A stretch of 59,374 nt of DNA, the filler included, from Bipalium vagum (taxonomy: Eukaryota), in the NCBI GenBank assembly GCA_037834085.1. It is 3 parts of 3 records of this genome, joined end to end, with 100 filler letters (N's around TTAATTAATTAA, not from the genome) between each part and the next. Parts side by side here need not be neighbours in the genome. Positions count along the whole stretch, not along the records: positions 22,928 to 42,896 come from JBBMKC010263330.1; 2 more parts are not named here. One strand, 5' to 3'. Numbering within the stretch: the first letter of the stretch is position 1; every line of letters starts with the position of its first letter. Of this stretch, positions 27,801-40,108 are shown in pieces. Below the pieces are notes generated by a model. The model made no database searches. It was not told the origin of the DNA and saw nothing but the letters and a program-made list of their open reading frames with translations. Both the position numbers and the translations under genes were made by a program.

Positions 27801-30800
27801 CTGAGCACCTAAAATCGTAACATTAACTCTCCAGTCCCTGCTTTTAAACTTACTCATTATTGCACTTTTTCCCTTTTGTCGGACTCCCGGTAGAAGCATT
27901 GGCCACATCAAACCTTATTTCACAGTGAATTTCGCTGGAATAAAAGTTGTGTTAATGTCTGAGTTATTAATTAATTGTTCCAATTGTATGATGAATAAAG
28001 TAAAAAATAATTATATTACGTGTTAAAGTCCTTTAAAAAATTTTTTAATATTTATTATCGGAAAATTAGATTCATTAAAATGAGAATATTTTCGGTCGTT
28101 CGGTGTGACTTTCTCGAGTAAATTCAGTAATATTATTTCCTCTTCAGAATGATCCGATTGACACAATTTTAAACATTTCTACGCATTGAAATCCCAATTT
28201 TCTTATATAACTATTTGTAAATGTTCCAAATCTTTTGATTGCCCTTTTCGTACCTTATTTTTCATTAGTCCACAAAGATGTTCAATGAGATTGAGGTCAG
28301 AGGAATTAGAAGGCTGTGAAGATACCGTCCATTTGTTTTCCCACAGCCATTCACATCGGATTTTGAAGAACGGTATGTGGCACCATCTTGTTGAAAGACC
28401 ATTGATTTCGGTTGAAGAGTTATTAATGAGTCTTTAGCCTCTACGAATATTCCCTAGTTGTTAATCTGTTCAGTATTATCGAGAAGAAATTCCATAATAC
28501 AAATATATTTCAAAAAACAATCTTTTGTTCCTGTTCTGATTATTTAAACAATAATCATTAATAAATTTAATTATTTACATTACACTGATATTTTTGTCTG
28601 TTGAATGCACCTCTTAAAAAAAATCCCCTGTGTAGCTAATGGCACCCCATGTCATTAATGATGGTCTCATTTTCGGATCTCATACCCCAGGTCTAGTCTT
28701 GGCCCTGATAGATGCTGGTTCTTTAGAATGGATGACAAGTTGGCTGAGTCTCTGCGGATGTATTTATTTTAAAATTCTGATCCTTCCACTTCCTTTCTTT
28801 CTTTTAAGACTGCATCCCATTTTTATTTTAGAGATAGTTATTTCTATTGTTCGTATCGGTTTTCATGTTATCTTAAATATTTTAACAGGGCTCTCATAAC
28901 CTCTTTTGTATAAAATTTGAGCATGGAAATGTGTGATCTTCATTTTGGACAATTAATCTAAGGAAATTATCAAAACAATGGACATCATAAGGTACATTTA
29001 AAATGTTTATGTATTATTATAAGTATCTTGCCTGGTTCTTAAGATAACCACCTGGCATTGAAAATATTTGAATTATTAAAACAATTTTAATATAATACAA
29101 ATTTTATCATCAAACCGCCACTTTTTATCGTGACAACTATATATATTCATTATTTATTTTGTTCAAAAATATAAATTATTAAAATAAAGGACCATAAGTT
29201 TTACTTTGCCGATTTGATGACTTTATTAATATGACTTTGGTTGATTATGGCATTTTCAATGTTATTTTCCATTCGTGACTGTTCCAAAACGTTATAAAAT
29301 CCGTAGTGAAAGTTAAATCCCCATTTACTTTCAGCTGAATCCATTGAAGAAATCATCAAAATATCAGTCTGAAAAGATGAACCTGAAAATTAAAATGTAT
29401 CAACTTCGGTCATTTAAGTTTATTATTAGAACTAACTTTAAAGGTTTAAATGTAATTTAAAATTTTATTAATATATAAAAGAATTGTTTTAAAAATATAA
29501 TTAAAGTAAGATGAAAAATAAAATTAAAAATAATAATTTATAAATTTATAAAAATGTATATAATATTTATTATTATTTATTATTTATTATAATAAATGTA
29601 TTATTTTTTAGAGGAAATCAAATTTGTTTGAATATTACAAAATTAAATGGCAAATTTGAAAAAAAAATGAAAAAGATCGATAAAAAAAAGTTCTTGAAAA
29701 TTCTATGTCGTGTCTGGAGATATTGCTAACATAAACGGATATTGCTAAAAAAAGACAACCACATGGTCTGTAAAATAATAAAAGAACAGATTTTGAATAA
29801 TTTTAGTTAATACTCTTTTAAATTATCGATATCATTTTTGAGACTACAATTTCTATAATTCTCCATCACAATTTATTTAAAAGTGGAAGTTGTCCTTTTT
29901 ACTATAGTGTGACGGCTTCCACTGCAAGACACAAAGATAAAACTATTTAACAGTAGAAATGTAGCACAATCCAAACGATATTTGATTGATTTTATATTTT
30001 ATTTATATGGAACTTAATTATAACAATAATTATATTGATATTGATAATAAAATCAATGGTCACAAGAGATATAACAGAGTTAAACTTATCAATATAAGTG
30101 AATGTGATACTCATTAAAGTAGTCAAAATAATTTTTTAAAAATATTTCTGATCTCATTATTATGAATTATGACTAAGATATCATAGAATGATCATTTGAG
30201 ATCTTTGGACAGTTGTGAAATGAAAACAATGCTCAACAGATATCGATGTATCAGGATTGAAGGGTATGACGATTATACAAGACATCCATAAAAATAAAAT
30301 TAAATCATTAAAGAACCTTTGATTAGCAATAACTGTCAAATCAAATCAGTCTTTTGTGAATTGTCATTAAAATATAAGAGTAATTATTATAATGAAGAGT
30401 AATTATAATATAATATTATTTTGAATGACAAATATATATTTTGCTCTAAAAATATTTGTAAACAAATTAAAAATGTGAAAAGCACAATTTTCAAACAATA
30501 ATTAATCAATCAAAGATATTAAATGTTAATAATGGGAATAAATTGAATTAAAGTCTTGTGTATGTAAGGAAAATGAGTGTATTCCTCTTTAGTATAGACT
30601 TAAATATCTAGTATTATTTTTATTTATTTAATAATAATAAATTTATTTATTATTTTTATAAGTATTTATTATTATGTAATATTATATTAATAATAATTAT
30701 TATTATAATATATATAATCCAGGAAAATTGAAGAAATAAATTCCTAAGGTGCAAAATAAATAAATAAATTACGTACATGACAAGATGTGCAAGAATACAT

Positions 30801-32506
30801 TTTCAATACTCTCAGATCTCCATATAGAATTGGACACATCGTTATGATATCCTGAATAAGAAAATCTCAAGAAAATTAATGATATCTCTATGATACCTAT
30901 CGGAAGGATGCCGAAGGGAATTGGTACTTGTTTAACAGGGTTGCCTTCGGTTTGAAAACTGTTAATAATATTAGAAATTATGGATCCTGCCGTCTCATCT
31001 CCACTCATGATGATGATGCTGCTTACGAAAATTCTAGTCATTGATAACTCATTAAAAACCAGTACCCATCAGCAGTCTTTATATTCTCCAGGCACTCTTT
31101 GACTTGATCAATATCCTTCTGTGATTCGATTTCTAAGAATTAATTCCATGTAAAATCGTTATTGAATTTTCCAATGTAAAATTATTTTTAAACACCCCTT
31201 TCAATATACACTCTCAGGTGATAAAATACCTCACACGCAGTCAAATAAGCAAAATGTTTTCAGATTCCAATATATGAGAAGGTTCAGACAAAATTTGTTC
31301 AAATTATTTTTCTCATCTGTCATTCCCAGATTTTCAATTTCCCTTTATTGATTGCCTTTGCTCAGTTTTTGTCTAGATCAAAGCCTGACATTATTCAACA
31401 CTGTGCATCCTTTTTCAATCTGTGTGGTACACTATTATCATCATCAGTACGTATGAGTTTTTTCTTCTTTTTCTCTTCTATTCCCATATAAAATGGAAAT
31501 TTTCACTGTGATTTTCCGATTTTGGTGCGATCCTCCTAATGGATACTCCTCAATCGTTATTTGCAAAATGACCTACCGTTTTAAGTCAATCAACTGATTT
31601 TATTTCTAATTCGTCATTATTTCAACAATTTCCCAAACACAGAGTTTCAATTGGATAATATTTTCGAATAATTATTTTCAAATGATAAATTTAAATGTGG
31701 AACTTTGTCATATTTTTTCATATATATTCGAGATAAGATTTTTGTAACTGTACCTCAACAAAAATATTATTATTCATTACTATTATTATTTATATTATTT
31801 ATTATTATTAATATTATTATTTATTTGATTAAAAGAAAAAAGTCGTCTTTTGAGAATATATTGATTTTTATATTATCTGTCCTATTGATTTTAACTTAAA
31901 TATTAAATTTCCATACGAAAACTGAAAAGCTCTCTTAACCTTTTACTTTGTAGGATATTTTACATTCATCCAAAATTGGTTGTACTATATTCTCATATAT
32001 CGTTTTCCCGTCGGTTTGGCATCTACTCACAATTCTATCGATAAAAATAAACAAGCTTCTGATCCTGCAATATGAACCTTCAGATATGAATTAAAAATTA
32101 AAGTACTAAAAAATAGGAAACTTTTGATTTTTTTCGTGATAATCCTTGACCATTTTTCTCTTTCCGGAATAGTCAAGAACTTAAATTTCAATTTTTTGAA
32201 TTTCATCGATTTAGGGCTTTCATATAAATAAATAACGCAGATTCCGGCGGCCTTTTTCATTTTCTTCACGTTGAGAATTTGTTGATAATTGATTGTTTTG
32301 AATTCCTCTGTAATGAAATTTAATGGTTTTACTTAAAGCATAGAAAAACCTGTGTCCCTTTCCTTCCACATTAATCCAACATTATTTAAAGAAATTGGAA
32401 CAGATTGATTATTGTAAATTACTTCTGTATTTAGATCAATGAGTTTTTCAGATTTTAAAATTCTCGGCGAAGATTCCCAACAATTTTTAGTTACAGTTAA
32501 TTCCAT
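24816..32506 (-). CDS. Ceramide kinase family (CERK/CERKL-like) protein, PH + DAGKc domains, degenerate catalytic motifs; 3' end unresolved
   Basis: Phase-consistent exons 32506-32350, 32307-32122, 32077-31940, 31132-31066, 31018-30897, 30851-30777, 29382-29205, 27934-27854, 27808-27723, 25330-25113, 25049-24897, 24842-24816. PH tail EREKWSRII, GKTIYENIVQPIL, DGIIIMSGDETA, PFGILPIG..N, LHILS, WGFNFHYGF, HCEIRF, GSP..KKCNNECSEC, SIPCLNS, H..DSSADMVIIR, LNLPFV. Confidence 0.85.
26026..26802 (-). mobile_element. Decayed Tc1-like element within a CERK-like intron
   Basis: MGKNHSSTTEERRLIVNL, PRKTTNREDLIMVRISQNDPFLSS, SARTVRRRL, ARKNP, SDESKFNCFGNDG, IFQHD. Frameshifted. Confidence 0.9.
27436..27632. 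other. Assembly gap (N run) inside a CERK-like intron
   Basis: Run of N with no linker. Confidence 0.97.
28140..28830 (-). mobile_element. Decayed Tc1-like element within a CERK-like intron
   Basis: SLKRKKGSGR, LMTWGAISYTG, VFQQDGATY, PSNSSDLNLIEHLCGLMKNKV. Confidence 0.85.
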
Positions 32507-33357
32507 AGTAAAAACATAAATATTAGGACAATATTTAATAATTTTGAATTACCGTTAGCTTGGATAACCAATCACAACTGAGTTCTGATACATTTAAACA
32601 ATTGCGATTTAATTTAATTATTAGTTCATTTAAGTTTGAAATTAAATGTATGAAAATAATTTCTCGTAACTTTTAAACTGGTTTTAGAAAACATCTTGAT
32701 CAATTATTAATATTTGTTAAAAGAATGAACAATAAATCATTGATTGTCACAGAAGAAGCTGAAAATTTTTACTCTTTATGAACACGCTCACTTCAAAACA
32801 TTGGAGATTTTTTAACTTCAAACCTATTTTGCAAGGATTTATAAAAGTAAAAAATTCCCAATTAATAGAACTGTTTTAAGGTCACTGAAATTCTTTTGCA
32901 CCTTGTTCAATACTGACGGTAACAACACACCAATATTACCATGTGAAATTTTCTACTTACGCAATTCTCAAAAGTGAAATCTCTCATGCATCCGCTCATG
33001 TGTAGCGCCAGGCCAAAGTCAAAACGGAAAATTTTTTTTCGATTCAACGAATGTTTAATACATAAAGCAGTAAAAAATGAAGCTAAATATGTTATTAAAT
33101 ATTTCAAAATGATATTCTTTACAAAACCAAAGTTATCTTTCGGCTTCACTAATATATAATTGACAGACACTAAACACTTGCAATAAATAATTTTAAAAAA
33201 CTTTAAAATATCATTTTGGTTAACAGATAATATACGACAAGCCAAATAAAGAAGTAAATAAACTTTATTGACAAAATTATGTACAGATAATAAATCAATA
33301 CAAAATAATAATTAAATCAATAAAATTATAAAATTAGAGATTTCAAAATTTTATGAA

Positions 33358-35028
33358 TTATATTTTTGTCATGAACAAGATATGGTTTTTTGGCGTGCAG
33401 TCAGCAGGTTTCATGCGGAATATTTTCGTAGAGTAGCCGTGCTCAGCCACATAATGACAGCGGTCGCTGTCAACGAGATTCATGGCCTCGTTAGCAACGA
33501 GGATCCGATCAGCCGAAGCTGTGAAGCAGTCGGCACCGTGACACAGTTTCGAGTAAACATCTAAGCTCACATTGGCCGAGAATTTTCCACTACGAGGATA
33601 ATCAATATTGGCAGTGGGAACAATGCTCCCATAACAGCACGGCGAAATTACCATGTGAGCTTTTCTGCTCAAGCAAATCTCAATAACGAGATCTGTCACG
33701 CATCCGCAGGCATGCAACGCCAAACCAACGTCAAAATGGCCCTTGAACGCCAAAATATTGCACTTAATTAGTCGCACGTTGTCCAGTCCCGATTCCCGGA
33801 TCCGTGCCTCCGCCATTTGCAGCGACTCCTCTTTATTTTCCAGCAAAACAACACGACAATCCCGACGAAGTGCTGCCAGCATCATGCCCAGATGACCACC
33901 GCCACTGCAGAAATCGACAATCGTCATACCTGGTCGAATCAATTGATTGGCTCGGTGGATCATGTTCCAGACCTGGTAGGTTTTTTTCAACTGACGAGCC
34001 TCTGGAATTGGACTGTGACTTGGTCGAACGCCTTCTGGAACAAAAGACAAATCAAAGTCAGAAGCCAGCGGTTCACCATCAACTGAATCAATATCGATTT
34101 TTAAAGCAGAAATCACGTCAGAAGAGATTAGATCTTTTAGTTCTGGCATGTTCTTGTTTGATATTTTCAATTTTTGGATTCCATCTGTGATTGAAAAATT
34201 GTAACGCTCATTGATCGGAAGACGAGACTGCTTATCGACCCAAGAAATCGGAATGAAATTCAAATTATTGACGATAGAATCTAAACTGTCGAGTTTCAAT
34301 TCCGCCAACCAATTGACCACCAGGCGATGAGCTTCAACGATTTTCACCAATTTCCAGTTCCTCTGAGAATAGTCCAACAAATAAAATCCGATGACAATAT
34401 CTGTAAGAGTTTTATGGGGGCCCTCCAGAAATTTATGGGCGTATTTTCGAGATTTCACATCTAATTTGGTTGATGACAATTCATTTGCCTTATCAACCAG
34501 GAAGCTGACGTTCAAATCTCGAAAGAATTCATCATTGAAACTGTCGGAATCGTTGTGAAAAGATTCGATTGTTTCAACGATCGATTTCTCACACATCAAC
34601 GTCCATTTTGATCGTTCTTTGCACGCTTTTAAGCATGATTGAGCTTTTCCGAATATCGGAATTTTTGTACCGGGTTCGTAACCGAATTGAACAATGATTC
34701 GAAACACAGCGGCCGCACCGGAATAGATTAAAATTTTACTGCTACACGTTGCTAAGGGGAAGTCAACAGACTTAAAATCGTCCGACAAAGAGGAAAATTT
34801 TACAATTTTTGCACAATAACCTAATTGTCGTAACTTATGCTCATAAAACATAACGGCATCTGAATTTAATAAAGAATATTCAGAGTCATTTACAACAATA
34901 GAAACGTTTACATTTCTCAATTCATTTGGATATTTACATAACATTAAGGCACATTTGGAACTGGGACCAAGATTTAATTCATAATTATTTCCACTGTGTT
35001 TAACAAAACCCTCAATGTACAATTCCAT
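33358..35028 (-). CDS. GSTCD: Glutathione S-transferase C-terminal domain-containing protein (SAM-dependent methyltransferase domain), single exon
   Basis: Uninterrupted ORF from ATG 35028 (MELYIEG). HKFLEGPHKTLTDIV, RQLKKTYQV, TIVDFCSGGGHLG, VVLLENKEESL, FDVGLALHACG..TD, SPCCYG, CTPKNHIL. Confidence 0.95.
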   Translation of the reverse strand: MELYIEGFVKHSGNNYELNLGPSSKCALMLCKYPNELRNVNVSIVVNDSEYSLLNSDAVMFYEHKLRQLGYCAKIVKFSSLSDDFKSVDFPLATCSSKILIYSGAAAVFRIIVQFGYEPGTKIPIFGKAQSCLKACKERSKWTLMCEKSIVETIESFHNDSDSFNDEFFRDLNVSFLVDKANELSSTKLDVKSRKYAHKFLEGPHKTLTDIVIGFYLLDYSQRNWKLVKIVEAHRLVVNWLAELKLDSLDSIVNNLNFIPISWVDKQSRLPINERYNFSITDGIQKLKISNKNMPELKDLISSDVISALKIDIDSVDGEPLASDFDLSFVPEGVRPSHSPIPEARQLKKTYQVWNMIHRANQLIRPGMTIVDFCSGGGHLGMMLAALRRDCRVVLLENKEESLQMAEARIRESGLDNVRLIKCNILAFKGHFDVGLALHACGCVTDLVIEICLSRKAHMVISPCCYGSIVPTANIDYPRSGKFSANVSLDVYSKLCHGADCFTASADRILVANEAMNLVDSDRCHYVAEHGYSTKIFRMKPADCTPKNHILFMTKI

Positions 35029-35529
35029 TCTTAAAATCCTTTTTATGTAATATTTAAACAAAGAATTTAATTAACAATTTATTTATTAAAGTGAAAATCT
35101 AATTAAAGCCAAAAGTAAAATTATTTCATGAAACAGATAATACATGAAAAAATATCTTATTAAATATTTATTAAGTAATATAAATGTAATTTTAAATAAT
35201 TTCATTTTTAATTATGCTAGAAAATATTTCATTTAGGAAAATTATCAAAATAAATATCAACATTTTAAAAAATAGTTTGTTTCAAAATAATAATGCAGAT
35301 TCAAAACTAGAACAATATTAATTATTAAAAGTAAAATACAGTTATTTTAGTTAAAAAATTAAATTAAATATTAATAAAAAATAGAAACAAAATTATGATC
35401 TTGTATTAGATATAAGCACTTTGATCTTCTATAGTATTTTATGAATCGACTAAGGGGGGTCGAATCGATAAATCTATATAAATAAATACAAAAAAATTAA
35501 TAAAAACCAGAAAATTTTGTGCAAAGCAT

Positions 35530-35880
35530 AATAAATGCCCTGTACTTAAAATTTTTATATCCTGGAGTTGCAATTCTACAAATACTTGTTGAAGGAACAA
35601 ATTTAGAGAACATACTGGTTGTATCAAGATATTATTTCTATCATATCAACCAAAATTTTTCTTTAAAACATCCAAAAAATCACCAATATCAATATCTTCA
35701 TTAGTTTTCATTCCGTTATGGAGTTTTCTTAGTTTGTATCCATCTCGCTTTTTAAATTTACTTAACCATCCGGATATGCTTTTCAAACTCGTAATTCTAA
35801 GTTTTTCAGAAAATTCTGAAGATTTTTGAAACAACAATGCATCATTTAAAATGACTCCGTCAATCTCCATTCTGTTACTA
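35530..35880 (-). mobile_element. pogo/Tigger-like transposase remnant (CENP-B HTH and start of DDE)
   Basis: LNDALLFQKSSEFSEKL....SISGWLSKFKKRDG, then DTTSMFSKFVPSTS (cf. DETGLFYK..P). Confidence 0.8.
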
Positions 35881-36290
35881 TTATACTTTAACAAAGTAAC
35901 CTTAGCACATCTATAACTAAATCCTCAATTTAATAATGTTGTGCTCGTAATTCGAATAAATTCAATTTGAATCAAAATCCTCACAATAAAACCATATCTG
36001 CACTCTAACTGAATCAGAACTCCCACGATAATACTTAATCCGCACCCTGAAAACTGAATCAAAACACTCATAATAAAACTTTATTATAAATGTAACAGCA
36101 TTCTGAAGCGACAACAAAATTCGCTCCTAAAAATATGTCCAATACTCAAAATAAAATGGAATAAATGTCAAATAATCAAAATCGAGTCAATGGTTAAGCA
36201 CAACAAAGAAATGAATGATAATAATAGTCTAAGAATCGAAAGAGAAAAGTGATCACAAAAGAAAGAGCTCGAGAGTTACAAATTAAAACG

Positions 36291-36600
36291 GTCTCACGAG
36301 GAGCGACACGAGGTTCCTGGGTCGTCCTCTAAGTTTTTTACTGGTCACCTATTGAATCCCAAACTTGATGGGTCCCCTTGGTAAATTCTCCTGCATTGTC
36401 TTCATCGGAGAAAAAAATTAAAAATACTGGAACCACTGATCTTCACGGGACAAATAGAATCTTCACTGCACTAATAGAATCTTTACTGATTTTCGATGTT
36501 TTCTGGTATTTTATGTGAATAGCCGTCTCTTTATATAGTCGTAGAGGGGCTACGATCACCAATCCCTATGCTTTGAGACGGCTATTTTCACTCGAGACAA
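36291..36600 (-). repeat. Dispersed repeat family 1, copy B
   Basis: tctcacgaggagc..gtcgtcctctaag, ttatatagtcgtagag and gagacggctatttt are collinear with 10166-10530. Confidence 0.8.
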
Positions 36601-36766
36601 AGTTAGACAAAGGAAAAAAGTAATCACTCCTCAATCCAATGCATCAAATTACGACGACGCCCCTAATTTCAATTTTCCCACAATTCTATACATCAAAGTC
36701 TCAACACCTAGACTTCGATGTATGGGTTTCAAGACTCATTAAAAATTAATCACAAAATTTTTCAAA

Positions 36767-36799
<33 letters not shown>

Positions 36800-36981
36800 G
36801 AGGATTTATTTGTTATACAACAAAAAATAATTTTGATGAGTATATAAGAATATATAATTTTTTATCTCTGTGTAGACATATTTGCATGATATAATATAAT
36901 AATAATATAATAATAATTGTTGGGTTTGCCTACAGGCAACTCTTAAGATATCATGTAGTAGAAAAGGCCAAGTATAGTTTA

Positions 36982-37044
<63 letters not shown>

Positions 37045-37399
37045 TACTATTAATAAAAAGAATAATAAAATAATAACTTTAATTTTAAAAAGAATACGAA
37101 GCTTAATTAAAAATTTTATTTTAAATATGTTTGGAACACCAAGAAGAATAAAAGTTTCGTGAATGGTAGCTGATATTAGTAAATGATTACTACTCAGGGA
37201 AATTAAAGAATATTTGAGATGATTTTAACGTTACTCAATGACTAGGGTGGTCAGTTGAATGTCCGATGAAAGTCAAATATTTAAAGAGTAAAGAATCTCT
37301 TACATTTTGTCCCTGTTGAATTTTAGAAGTTATTTTGATTTGCGAATTTTTTTTGTTGATTACAAAGTCTTGGTTTTTTTTTGAAACAGTTTTTCTTTA

Positions 37400-37505
37400 A
37401 AAGAAGATTACAACATATTGTTGATTTGCGAAACAGTTCTTGATTTTTCGAATCCCAATGACCTTTGTAATTAAGAATAACCAACAAATCCTGTTGAACT
37501 TTGGA
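37400..37505 (-). repeat. Dispersed repeat family 2, copy 2
   Basis: Reverse complement matches 4315-4460. Internal gatttgcgaa sub-repeats. Confidence 0.75.
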
Positions 37506-38231
37506 TTAAATACCTAGAACAAAGTTAAGTTATTTGAAAAACTTTTTTAAGGATCGTGCAGAACGTTAGTTAGAACCAGATGCATAATAAAGTCATTTAA
37601 TTCACCATTCACATAATTTAAAACATACAAACACACCCAAATATACACAAGCCCGAAAAAATTTCATAAAATAAAAAAATTTAAACTCCAAAATTTTTTG
37701 ATCTAGAAATATAATATTTTTCAGAAATCAAAGACTCAGAACGTTGAAACAGTGTCAAAAGAACTTAATTTATTATGTTTATTTTACAGGTTTCTTGAAA
37801 AGTTTTAACCTTTCTCAATAATAGCATTAATATCTAAAAAATTTTTGTGTTTCTTACCCTCACTTATATTTCTTAAAATACTCTTTTACTTTAAATCAAA
37901 ACAGCCATATAGGCCTTTACGAATCTAAACAATCTCCATAGGACCTACTAAATGAATCAAAAGAATCATAATTAACCTTTATTAAACAATCACAGTAAAT
38001 TAACTCATAATAATCACTAAAGATTACAATAATTGTCTTAAGTTAAATAACTGAGAAACTATAATAAAACAATTAAATGTGAAATATTCCATCAATAATA
38101 TTATTAATATATTATTAGCAAATGAAAACAAAGTTATCATCAATTAAAAATGATTATTTATGACGTAAGGAAAAATTGATTTTTAATCGACAAAATTTTT
38201 ATTAAGAAATAAAACAACAAAAGAAAAAATT

Positions 38232-38520
38232 ATCACCCAGAGCAAAAATGAGTCCTCGAAATTCCACAGGACCCATTGAATAATCCTGTTGCATTGTAGA
38301 TGCACATAATGGTAAATAGAAATTTGAATTATTGACCAAAAGGCTTTCAAAAATTCAAAATATTCATCTGACGTTACCAAAAGAAACTAAATCTTCAGCT
38401 GTTTAAAACCAATAAAATAATTTTGGAGTACTCTGCAAATTTTTTTTCAATTTTTTTCTGTCGTTCTCCTTGAAGTACTCCATCTTTCATATAGAGATTG
38501 GCCAACGACCGCCAATCTTT
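38232..38520 (-). repeat. Dispersed repeat family 1, degenerate copy D
   Basis: tcacccagagcaaaaatgagtcc, cccattgaataatcctg and tagagattgg blocks occur in the same order as in copy A. Confidence 0.55.
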
Positions 38521-38699
38521 ATTTTTGGAAAGTCTATTACTGGAAAAAAAAATTAATAAAAAATTATTATTATTATTATTATTATTATCGTCGGACTTCT
38601 GGAGGTCTTCCAGGATCATGTCTTTGTCGAACCCAACATAATCCTAAATTAAAATATAAATGACTGTAGTGCACAAAAGCTGAGTTCTGATTCTGAATT

Positions 38700-39100
38700 C
38701 TTCAACTAAAGAAGAAAGGAGGAGTGAGAAGGTATTCACAACTGCTTTGTGAGATGCAAAAGGTTTATTGATGTTCGATTACCTTTTAAAAGGTAAAACA
38801 ATCAACCAGGATTTGTATAAGGAGGTCTGGGTTAAAGAATAAAAAAATCATTTTCCAAAAGAAAACCGCACTACCTTACAAAATATATTTACAATAAAAA
38901 GATGAAAAAACTAAATTACAAATTTACAGATTTAACATCCACCATATTCTCCAGATTTGTCTTACACCGACTTTTATCTCTTCCGAAACCTTAATCAATA
39001 TATTCGAGGTAGGCTGTTTGTATCAAATGAAGGTACCGTAAATGTTGTTCAGACACGGAATCGAATTAAAGGAGAAGCATTGGATTAAATGTCATAAAAT
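38700..39100 (+). mobile_element. Decayed mariner fragment
   Basis: DYLLKGKTINQDLYK and HPPYSPDLSYTDFYLFRNL. Confidence 0.85.
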
Positions 39101-39854
39101 TATATTTTATAATTTTCTCTACAATTTTCATAATTTTCAATTTATTTTAAATTATTTTTTTTATTAATTATTATTTATTTTATTTTTAATTAATTATAAT
39201 TAATAACAGGTTTCTCGTTATAATTAATTAAAAATTGTAAATAAAATTAACTCTCTTATTCGAAAAATGTTCAAATAATAATTGTCAGATTTTTGGAGAA
39301 ACTCTTAAACTTTGCACAGGAGAAACAATTCGTTATTTTAAAATTCAATCAAAAATTACAATTGGAAAGAAACAATTTCCGTATCGAAATTATCTTCCTA
39401 TTCGAAATTTAATTAATTCCCACACGAGAACCATCTCCCGGGCAATAATGTAATCTATCAGAGATCAGTCTTAGTATCAACTTCTATGTATACATCAGTC
39501 AGATTTTCAATATTTCCATTTCATTTAATTTTCTTATTACCCAAATGTGTTGTCTTAGGCATTTGGTTTTAGACTTGTAACAGGTGCCAGACATGGTGGG
39601 ATTAAGCCAAGTTTCAAAATGTTTTATTGAGAGATCAGAATGGAACTTTTTTCAATTAGACCCAACTTCGCCATGTATTACATTTCGCTATATAAAATTA
39701 ATTAATTTGTGAAATGAGTAATTTTCTAGTTTGTGAAATCGGGTTCTTTAAATTACTGGAGCAAATAATCCTCTCCAACGTCTTTGCCATTGTCTTGGCG
39801 AATAAAGTCAAATTTCTCGAATATCTTCATTTAATTCTGGGAGACTTTCTGGGA

Positions 39855-39970
39855 ATAGCTACGATAATCTACGATAACCAGTTCCAACGCCTTATTTCCT
39901 TCAATGGCCCATTAATTATAACTCTATCTTAAAAACTTTAATTTATTGTCCTCACGACGAGACATATTTC
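39855..39970 (-). repeat. Dispersed repeat family 1, partial copy E
   Basis: ctacgataacc..ttatttcc and aatttattgtcctcacgacgagacata match copies A and C. Confidence 0.5.
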
Positions 39971-40077
39971 TGTATTTTAAAATTAAGTTAATCCAATATA
40001 TCAGAATCTCGTCATCGAGACTTTGATATATTACTTTTAGTATTTTTTGTCGTTGAAATTTTCAAGTTTTTTAATTA

Positions 40078-40108
<31 letters not shown>

